A stretch of DNA of 64,000 nucleotides from Antedon mediterranea (lineage: Eukaryota; Animalia; Echinodermata): contig NC_092679.1 of NCBI RefSeq assembly GCF_964355755.1, forward strand, positions 1,332,201 through 1,396,200. Direction: 5' to 3'. A model generated the notes under the pieces. The model had not been told where the DNA came from and did not search any database. It saw only the letters and a program-made list of their open reading frames with translations. Below are positions 40,226-50,503 of the stretch, one piece after another; the first letter of the stretch is position 1, and every line of letters begins with the position of its first letter. Both the position numbers and the translations under genes were made by a program.

Positions 40226-40692
40226 TATGTTACCGTTCAAGTCGTGAAACAGCAATATATACAGTATTTTTCTTTTTCCCTCGGGAAAAAGAAAAAAAGA
40301 GTTTGAGGTTTGGTGTTGTAGGTTTGTTTAAAGTTATTTTATGTTTTTATCCGTGCCTATATTTATTTTAATTGTTATTTTATATATTTGTTTACTCATA
40401 AGCCAGAATTGGCTAAAGTCTTGTAATTTAAACAAGAATGGGATTAAATAAATAAATAATACAAACGGCTACATATTGGCAAGTGGAGAGGATGTGAGCT
40501 CATACTAGAGCCTCAGCTATTGGACACAGAAACATCCACTTGAAAGTAATAGAGTTATAGTATTAGTACAACAACTGGCTTTCAAGTATTCCGAACAATA
40601 TCTAATGGTGAAAAATCTGATTCTTTAAATAATTTAGGCCTACTCCTTATGTTGTGCCAATATTTAGACCTTTTAGACGGGGATAGAAATTA

Positions 40693-40846
40693 GAAAAGAG
40701 GAAGACGGAAAAGAAGGTGAGGAGATGATCTAACAACATACACTGGAACGGCTGCATGGACTAGGACAGCAAGAATTAGACAGAAATGGAAATTTTATGA
40801 GGAGGGCTTCATTCAACATATGGATGAACTATGCTTAGATAGACAA
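40693..40846 (+). mobile_element. 5'-truncated RTE-type LINE fragment
   Basis: Translates RKRGRRKRR*GDDLTTYTGTAAWTRTARIRQKWK (RTE ORF C-terminus). Absent from the paralogous flank at about 38810. Confidence 0.7.
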
Positions 40847-42060
40847 CAACTTGACGTGACTGAGACTTAGATGAATAAGGTTATATAAATAGAAGACCTA
40901 AACATTGTTCAGTATATTCATTACTTAGCAATATTTAATTAATTAAAAATATAAATTAATTAGAAATATTAATTAATTAGAAAATTGTAAAATAACAAAA
41001 AAGCGACAGGAACATTATTTTATCACCATGCATGTTGCTTATGATGTGATATTGTCCTTATCAACCGAAAGAGTAATTTTAATTAAAATTTCGTAATTAG
41101 TCTATTTTAATCAAGTGGAATCATTAATGTTCTTCTTTTCTTTCTTTGAATTGGTAAAATATTAAAATATTAAATATTAAAATATTAACCAAAGACAACA
41201 AACAGCAAAGAACATGAAGAGAAAAACCTACAAAAAAAAGATATAAAAAATATCTAAACAACCACAAAAATATCTTTCAAGGGGATTTTATTGTAAAGCT
41301 TTCTATATTGTTTTAATTAATGAAAATAGCACAGTTTGTATGCTTTAAGTCTTATCACTGTAGGCTATACCACATTGCTTAAGTACAGTAGTTAGTTTTA
41401 TTAGCCTACAATTAATTAAATGATAATATTAATTTGCTTTTTGTTACTTTTGATATTTTGTGGATTAATGAATATTAAAGACATTCGAAACAATAGTTAT
41501 AATGTGCTGTATTTTGTTAATGTTTTTAAAAAAATGACGACCGTTTACAGATAAATGATAATTATAAAAATAAATGATGTAAATAAAGAGGTGATCATGA
41601 TGTCATGACGGTGTCCGGCGAATTTTCAACACAAGTACTTATCAAATTGACACATGAATATAGGGGGCAGCATATAGGAACAAAAAATACGCCAAGATAA
41701 AGCTTTACTTTTATATAACATGTGGTTGTGTTAGGGCTATTAATCCTAACCACAAAAGTCAGACAATATCTGTAATAATACTTGGTCATGAAAAGCCAAT
41801 GATAAAAATAAAATTTAATTTCTTTCGTAACTCTAGGTCTGTATCTAAAAAAAAGAATCTTTGTAATTAATGATGTTTATGGTGCCAGTAAAGTGTCAAG
41901 ACAATAATTAATATTACACAGGCAGTTTTACAGCCTCTTCTTTAATTAATGATTATTCTTCGAAAATGCGTCAGCAAACATTCAATTTTCCTCCATTGGT
42001 AATTAAATCGAATACTATAAAGCAAAGCACATAATGGCAAACTTCAGTTGTGAATAAATC

Positions 42061-42406
42061 AAGCAAGCAGGTTGACACGCACCGAACGCACAAGCAAGCA
42101 GGTTGACACGCACCGAACGCACAAGCAAGCAGGTTGACACGCACCGAACGCACAAGCAAGCAGGTTGACACGCACCGAACGCACAAGCAAGCAGGTTGAC
42201 ACGCACCGAACGCACTAGCAAGCAGGTTGACACGCACCGAACGCACTAGCAAGCAGGTTGACACGCACCGAACGCACAAGCAAGCAGGTTGACACGCACC
42301 GAACGCACTAGCAAGCAGGTTGACACGCACCGAACGCACTAGCAAGCAGGTGGACACGCACCGAACGCACTAACAAGCAGGTTGACACGCACCGAACGCA
42401 CTAGCA
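42061..42406. repeat. 31-bp GC-rich minisatellite (agcaagcaggttgacacgcaccgaacgcacw), about 11 copies
   Basis: Near-identical head-to-tail units with no spacers. Confidence 0.95.
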
Positions 42407-42704
42407 AAACAGTTGGCCATTAATAAAGTCAACCATATACAAAAGGAAAACTTGTTTTCTGCGAAATCTTTTTCTGAAATTAACTTTCTCAAGGTACCTG
42501 TTAAAAAAAAAGGGGCCGTGACATTAATAATTGGGTTGAAGTACATTTTTTTCGCAAAAATTAACAGAATGCAAATAATGATTATTCAAATACTATATAT
42601 TGAACAATAATCTATTTTACAGATTTACGAACGTTCTATTTGCAGTTATATTTTTGCAAGCCATCATTTTATAACATAGTTTCACCATCGACGAACTTTA
42701 AGAG

Positions 42705-43647
42705 ATGGCTTACTCAAGCAATGTGACATATGGGGCACCGACACCTTGGCAATGGTGGTATCATCCTCGTCCGGATCCGGATATTGCCTTTATCACTGTT
42801 TTGTTCACTAGCATCATCAGTGCTGCTGGCATGTTGGAAAACATCATTGTTATTGCCGCTGTCTGCTGTATTCGTGAACTTCGGAAGAAGTCAAATATTT
42901 TACTTGTTAACCTGGCCGTCGCTGATTATTTTAGTGCTTTTTGCAGCTTGTGGGTGTTGTTGTTTGTAACGCAAGTCGGGTATAGAATTGCAATAGACAC
43001 TATAGTAACACTGATAACCGTAATGACAAGTTCGTTAATATTATTTTGTTCTTGCTGTCAGTATGGAACGCTTCATAGCTATTGCATTTCCTTTCAAATA
43101 TAAATACGTTGTTACAGTAAAGAGATTAGCAATATTATGTACCTGCTTATGGGTATCGGTTTCACTTTTGTTGTGTTGGTGTTTCAAATGGAAAATGCCT
43201 ACTATAATTCTGAGTTTCGCATTGACCATACTGATTGGGTTTGTGTATATTTTAATGTACTACATTTTAAAGCATACAACCAACCGTCGACATACGGCGG
43301 CCGGATCTGTTCAACAAAAACGGCTACGATCAGTATTTATCACATTCAGTATTCTATTATTTTCTCTGTTCCTGTGTTTAATACCAAACCACATATTATT
43401 GCTGTTGATTTCTAGTGCATTTGACTATGACTCTCTATTCTACGTCCGTTGCTACTATGACGGTCTTTGCTTTAATATTTCTTTACCGCTTTTAATGATG
43501 AATTCTGCTTTAAATCCCATCGTATACTGGTGGCGTATTCCTGAGTTAAGAGACGGAATCAGACGTGTACTGTGCTGCTGCGTATGTTCTCGTTCTGGAC
43601 CAGAGAGCGGCGCAACAAGGGCCTTGGGTCAGGGGGTGCAAAGATAA
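42705..43647 (+). pseudogene. GPCR copy 4, frameshifted
   Basis: 4-bp insertion at about 43041 (ata ttat ttt gtt vs ata ttt gtt) splits the ORF; the C-terminal tail is replaced by unrelated sequence after about 43603. Confidence 0.85.
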
Positions 43648-43669
43648 CAGTTTTTCAGATTATTAATTT

Positions 43670-43860
43670 ATGACCCAATGTAGTATACTTGGAGTAACGT
43701 ATGACAATAATTTATCATGGGGAGAGCATGTAGATCAACTAATTAAAAAATTAAATACTAGACTGTACTGTTTGAGGAAAATGAGAGTTTTTAGGGTTAG
43801 GGAAGAGATACTTACTTACTATGTTTTATTCATCTGTTATTTTTTCAATCTGGGATTATT
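43670..43860 (+). mobile_element. LINE reverse-transcriptase (thumb region) fragment
   Basis: ILGVTYDNNLSWGEHVDQLIKKLNTRLYCLRKM matches the LG..D..LSW..H....KK...RLY.LR motif of CR1/L2/Rex-group LINEs. Confidence 0.8.
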
Positions 43861-44213
43861 GTTAGACCCAGTCAATTTCACCCCCCTGATCCCTCACTGT
43901 AGGCTGGAACAGTAAATTCAATCTTTATTCTACACGCAACTGCATTTATATATTGTTCATAATTGTAGCTTTTCTATTATTATTCTTTATTGACAACTGG
44001 GGATAACAGTGTCCAACATGGCACACAAATAGTAGGCGATACAAGCATGAAAATAACAATAACAAACTTGGATAATATTTTCACTAACTTTAAGAACTTC
44101 AAAAACAAAATTTTGACAGTAATAAAGATTCAATAGAAAATAAAAACATAAGGCTATGGCAATGTATATTACATGTTTGGCGTATGTGTGCAGTAAATGG
44201 GCATTCACATAAT

Positions 44214-45207
44214 GGGTGTCTCGAAAACAGAGACCTCGAAAACAGAGACCAGAGACCCCCACTAAAACGTCTCAATATTACGTAATATAGAGGGTCTCTA
44301 CAGAGACCCCCACTAAAACGTCTCAATATTACGTTATATAGGGGGTCTCTGTTTTCGAGTTTTTCACGAAACCAGAGACCCCCACTAAAACGTCTCAATA
44401 TTACATTATATAGGCCAAGGGGGTATCTGTTTTCGAGTTTTTCTCGAAAACAGAGACCCCACTAAAACGTCTCAATATTACATTATATAGGGGGTCTCTG
44501 TTTTCGAGTTTTTCTCGATAACAGAGACCCCACTAAAACGTCTCATTATATTGGGAGTCTCTTTTTTCGAGATTTCCCGAGACCCCCTAATATAATCCCT
44601 GTTTATTAAGAGTGTTGCAAATACCCACCAACGAGCTTGGTCATAAATTATTAAAACCCAACTTTTATCGCAAAAACCGTGAATTTATTATTGAAATAAT
44701 CTCCCGCTTTTTAGCTTCTAACACAGCATGCATCTTACTTCTGGGACGTCGACCTTGTATTCCAAAATGACAGTCTTTTCACACGCGTTCAAGAATTCAT
44801 CAATCTCTTCTTATCGTTGCGGCATTTTCTTTGATCGGCATACGTCATTCTGTGATTTTGAGACGTTTTAGTGGGGACCCCCTATATAACGTAATATTGA
44901 CTTAATATTGAGACGTTTTAGTGGGGGTATCTGTTTTCGAGAACTCGAAAACAGAGACCCCCTATTACGTAATATTGAGACGTTTTAGTGGGGGTCTCTG
45001 TTTTCGAGTTTTTCCTCGAAAACAGAGACCCCCTATATAATGTAATATTGAGACGTTGTAGTGGGGGTCTCTGTAGAGACCCCCTATATTACGTAATATT
45101 GAGACGTTTTAGTGGGGGTCTCTGTTTTCGAGATTTTCTCGAAAACAGAGACCCTGGGTCTCGGGTCTCTGGTCTCTGTTTTCGAGGTCTCTGTTTTCGA
45201 GACACCC
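44214..45207. mobile_element. Foldback-type TIR element (MULE-like), about 1 kb
   Basis: Inverted arms of about 350 bp built from subrepeats (gggtgtctcgaaaacagagacc... / ...ggtctctgttttcgagacaccc). TSD ttcacataat/ttcacagaat (10 bp, 1 mismatch). Confidence 0.85.
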
Positions 45208-45595
45208 TTCACAGAATGCGTGAAGCTCGGTCTGCACTTCTACCATACTGAAACTCTCATGCTCACATAATTTAAGTATGTAGTTCTTTCTTTCTGTTTG
45301 TTGTTGATTTACTTTATATTGAAAGTTTATTGATTTTAAAGGAATTGATTAAATTTAATTCTGCTTTATTCATAATTTCAATCTTGAATACATTTATTTT
45401 TGACAGCTTTTTATTTCATTACCTTCACTCGTAAATGAAATCGGTACCTTGAGACATTTAAGGGTAAGAGTTACGATGTGTCGTGATACATTAATCATTA
45501 ATTTTGTAGATTTGATTTGTTAGATAAACCTGACATGTAATAATTCAGAATGCGTGTAGTGGTAAATTTTATGTTTTCTTAAAAGTATAACAAGT

Positions 45596-46256
45596 CATGA
45601 TGATGTCATCGGTTGTGTCAACATTAACCTGCTGATGGATTTCATGTTAAAACATTACATTTGATTAATGTTTAGCATCAAATTTACTTTGAAGTACTTT
45701 GATTGACATAATGATGTCATCGGTTGTGTCAACATTAACCTAGCGAAGGATCTCATGTTAAACTTTAAATTTGATTAATGTTTAGCATAACAAAATAGTA
45801 TTTTTTGCCATCCTTACTGTAATAAACACATTTATTTATAAATAAAATTGTATTCCCACTGGGAAAGTAAAAGTTAAGCTAACATTTGTAGCATCTACTG
45901 TATATAAATAAATGTGCACTTTAAACAAACCTAGCACATCTTTCTAGACAAGTAGGGGGTTACCCTAGTGTACTAGTATACACACAGCCACTGTCACACA
46001 CAGACACTTATCATAACTCATCATTAGGGCCCCTTGATTGTCAGCATACGCTGTTTAGGGTCACCCTCTATAAATAAGGTTGAATAAAAATAAACAAAAG
46101 TTCTTAAGACAAAATAAAAGTTTTAAAATATGACATACCATGTTCAATGGCGTTCACACGCCTGTTGGTGATTTTAATTGCCTCATCTAGTGTGATGAAC
46201 GAAGTCTGAAGAGAAGCCAATATCACTAATAATTCAACCGCTTTAGCATAATTCTT
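45596..46256 (-). pseudogene. ATP6V1D: Duplicated ATP6V1D fragment (partial exon + intron), copy of about 50820-51469
   Basis: About 660 bp of highly similar sequence including KNYAKAVELLVILASLQTSFITLDEAIKITNRRVNAIEH and its donor site. Confidence 0.9.
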
Positions 46257-46986
46257 GTTAGTAGGACAAAATAAAGTTACAAGATAAACTCTCTTCTTAA
46301 ATTAAAAAATCATACATTTATTAAAATAATAATTTTAATTACTTAAGATATACTATAGGTGACGATCTGCATTCTTTTTATTTTAAAGTTAGGCCTACTA
46401 GATATGTTTTCTATTTTGTATTTTTATCTTGAGTTTTTTTTTTAAACATTTATTTGTATATAAATGCTTCTACATTTGTGTACTGCTTTATTTATCTGCC
46501 AAATGAATTTAATTTTGGATAATAGTCTAAGTTGATTAGATTTTGTCAGTGAGTTTTTAAAAGAGAATTAAATATCTTGTTTCTACTAAAATAACATACT
46601 TATTTCTCAGTTGGCCATCGACCATCAATAAAGCCAACCAAATTCAAAGTTTTCGAATAGATAGATATCTATTACTATTTACCATAATATTTATAATTAT
46701 ATGTATTGTGAATGTATAGTGAATGAATAATAAATGGCTGAATGGCCTTAAGAAAAAAAAAGGCAAATTTGCGGAATGTTGACGCATCCTTATTCATATA
46801 GAGTTATTGTATTTCTAAAATTAACTTTCTCTAAAGGTATCGGTCAGAAAAGGTGCCGCATATAAATACAAATTGATTATCAGGATATAATAAGGATAAA
46901 ATCTACTAATCTATTTTACAGATTACGAGCGTATACGTCATTTTACCATTAGTTTCATTATCAACGAAGCAATTAACTTAAAAGAG

Positions 46987-47897
46987 ATGGATTTTTACTT
47001 TTACAATTGGAGTTGGCCATCAAACGGTTACGAAAGCTTGGATCTTTGTTGGGATCCTTACAGCATTCCGTGTTTGTCTTCTGTAAGTGTTTTGTTCACA
47101 AGCATCATCAGTGCTGCTGGCATGTTGGAAAACATGATTGTTATTATCGCTGTCTGCTGCATTCGTCAACTTAGGAAGAAGTCAAATGTCTTACTTGTTA
47201 ACTTGGCCGTCGCTGATTTTTTAAGTGCAATGTTCTTGTTGTATTTAAAAAGTATGCATATATATGCATATCATGTTATAACAACAATGATAATCGTAAT
47301 GACTTGTTCGTTAATATTTGTCCTAGCTGTAAGTATGGAACGCTTCATAGCTATTGCATTTCCGATAAAATATCGATACATTGTGACAGGAAGGAGATTA
47401 GCAATACTGTGTACGTTCTTATGGGTTTCGGCTTTAATATATTTATGTTGTGTTGTTGACGAGACCGCTGGATTGACGACGAGTTTCGCATTGACCATAA
47501 CTATTGGATTTGTGTATATCTTGATGTACTTTATTTTAAAGTATACACTTAACCGTGGACACACGGCAGCCGGATCTGTTCAACAGAAACGACTGCGATC
47601 AGTATTTATTACATTTAGTATTCTAATCTTTTCTTTGTTTCTGTGTTTATTACCAAACCATATATTATTGTTTATTAAGTATTATTCATTCTTAACACGT
47701 TGCGTCGATTTCGCTAGAGTGTTTGCTATAAATTTTCTATACCGCTTCTCATGATGAATTCAGCTTTAAATCCTATGGTATACTGGTGGCGTATTCCTGA
47801 ATTAAGAAGCGGAATCAAACGTGTACTGTGTTTTGTTGCGTTTTGGATCAGAAAAAAGAAACAATCAAGAGGACCAGACTTAGGTGGTCTAGTATAA
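46987..47897 (+). pseudogene. GPCR copy 5, frameshifted before TM7
   Basis: The ORF leaves frame near 47720; TM7 (LLMMNSALNPMVYWWRIPELR) is present in another frame. Confidence 0.8.
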
Positions 47898-48003
47898 ATG
47901 CAATATAATAATAGAGATTAGTTAGCTGCTGTCTGTTAACATTTCGCGAAACTTAAAAAAAGATAAATGCTTGTGTTACTTAGAAATACATTTAGTAGAG
48001 TAA

Positions 48004-49550
48004 TCTATATATAAATTTACGTAAGGGCAAAATTCGGTAAATCGCGCCTTACTTTTAGAATTTTTACTCGATGGTATGTAAAGTTGGTTCGTACTTTCGG
48101 TACTGATTTTAACCACCTGATGTAACCCTGTTTACTAATTAAATTAAGTTAGATAATTAGTTATTGACGATTAAAACGAATTTAGGTTCAAAGATTTGCC
48201 CCAAATAGGGGTGTTTTCCGATCGTGGTATACACTGTCTAATGGATGTCCATCTTGAAAAATACCCGCCACAAAAATGCGAGGAGGCTTCGCATTTTTCT
48301 ATCTCCTCCTACGATAATTGTTTTTAATAGCTGAAAACCGGTTGAACAGTTCGAGTACAGCATCATAATGTTGAAGACAGGCCGATTTTCTTTAAAAAAT
48401 ACTATTTTGTTACATTTAATATACGTTTTTACAAATGTATTGATTTGTGATGAATGGAACATTCCAAATTATTTGGTTTAACCATACAGGTATAGATTTA
48501 GATTTATGGGCCTCCTTGGAGAATAAACATAAATAGTATTGCAATGCTGTACAATACTGTTAAGGTATTAACCACTTTTGATCGCAATTTGAATCGCAAA
48601 TGTCTTACTGTGAGTGTTGGTACTGTTAGATGTAATATAAAAATATATACAAATAAACTTTATTACTGTGAGTGTGGGTAGGCCCTACTGTTAGATTATA
48701 AACATATAATATACAAATAAACATTCCAAATTATTTGGTTTAACCATAGAGGTATAGATTTAGATTTATGGGCCCCCTTGGAGAATAAACATAAATAGTA
48801 CTGCAATGCTGTACAATACTGTTAAGGTATTAACCACTTTTGATCGCAATTTGAATAGCAAATTTCTTACTGTGAGTGTTGGTACTGTTAGATGTAATAT
48901 AAAATATATACAAATAAACTTTATTACTGTGAGTGTGGGTAGGCCCTACTGTTAGATTATAAACATATAATATACAAATAAATAAACGTTATTACTGACA
49001 GTTGCTTCTCAACGTTTGTATTAATTAATAATTTAAAAATATATAAACGTCGTAGTGGTGTATCGTTACATGTACTTTACTATTTCAATCGACTATGACA
49101 GTGAGAGTTTTAACAAAGTACCGTATTAAATCGTAAATGTTTTACTGTATTTAGTGGTATATTATTTATAGGCCTATAAAACATTAAAAACAATATTTCG
49201 TTACTGAGTGGATAAGAATATATTTTAAAATGTTTCCTCTTTGTACCTATCTTCTTTCCCCATCCCTCAACCCTTAATGTTACATACAAAACACAAATTG
49301 GGTTTGTTTAAATGAGTCCGAATAAAAAAATTTGTTTCTCTCTCGGAAGTAATTCCCAGGGTGCTAATTTTGGTTGACTACATAAATCATTGTGTATATT
49401 TATTCGTTTCTGTAAACGACAATGTATTATAGTCCTGCGGTACGTACATTTGAAATTTCCATTTTTTTCTCGCTGGAAATACTGTGTATTCGAGAACCAT
49501 CTGTGGGCACGACCTAGATGGTACGCGAGCGAAGCGAGCGTGCCATCTAG
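48004..49550 (+). mobile_element. Non-autonomous Helitron (about 1.55 kb)
   Basis: 5' A|TCTATATATAAA; 3' GC hairpin ctagatggtacgc...gcgtgccatctag ending CTAG|T; no TSD. The 5' boundary is less certain than the 3'. Confidence 0.65.
48459..48985. repeat. Tandem duplication of about 262 bp
   Basis: 48459-48720 is repeated at 48721-48985 almost identically. Confidence 0.9.
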
Positions 49551-50503
49551 TTATAATAATTTGTAAAGATATTGACAACATTAATTAAATTATATATTCG
49601 ACAAACAAATTACGTTCACAATTCGTTTTGTTGAATTTAAACGGAAGACGTTCCAAATCATGACAAGATCAGGCTAATGATTTACTTAACTGTACATACT
49701 GTAACTAACACTAAGTTTGGGTCCCACAAACAATGTAATGTACCTGCAACGAGATTAATTTGCTCAATCACAATGATTTTATAGTAACGTTAATATCCTG
49801 GATGTCTAATGTCCTGAAAAATCCAAGCACTGTAAATACACCGTTGTCGCTAAACCAGGCTAATTGAAAATTCTGGTCAACACCAGTTATATCTCGTTCA
49901 TCTCGAATTTTGGCGCCTCCTACCCCAGTGCACTAAGGTCACGAATATAACTAGTTGGCATTGAGGAGAGAATGCACGATGACTTCTGAGACCAACTTCA
50001 TTTTAGCATGAACAATTTTGAAACGAACGTTAACAAAAAGATGATTCATTACAACAATTTTTTTTACAGGAGTTAGACGGAATGCTTTTATAAATTGTGT
50101 ATTATTTGACACACAAACTACACATTAACTTCATACCGTACAAGTATTAATGTTTACACCTCTTATTATACACCATACATACAACATTTCATTATATGCC
50201 TATTACTAAATACTGCATTATAGTTTAAAGACTGCTAAATTCAGGACACCAGGAGGAATACCACCTGGAATGTATGCAAATTATGCTAATAGGCCCTTCA
50301 CTGCTGTCCAATCTCTCTATGGTAACATTTAAAGAGAAGATCGGCCAAGTGTTTTTTCAAGGGTTGATTTGATTTGGCCTTGTAAACTTCTGTAATTGTT
50401 AATTTTGTTCTTATTGTTATTTCATATTCTAATATATATATATATATTAAGTTATAATAAATCCACATATTATATTTAATAATTATTTATAAATGTATTA
50501 ATG

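Noticed and set aside
41971-42357. Cys-rich repetitive ORFs
   Set aside because: Artefact of the 31-bp repeat.
42061-42406. CRISPR-like array of 31-bp repeats
   Set aside because: The units are head-to-tail with no unique spacers, there are no cas genes, and the context is eukaryotic.
43987-45251. ORFs with RRFSGGL repeats on both strands
   Set aside because: Translations of the foldback element arms.
33721-47564. Antisense and alternative-frame ORFs overlapping the GPCRs
   Set aside because: These are shadow ORFs of T-rich transmembrane codons, repeated only because the genes are paralogous.
49770-50010. GC-richer stretch resembling a coding exon
   Set aside because: Every frame I tried has stops and no recognisable motif.
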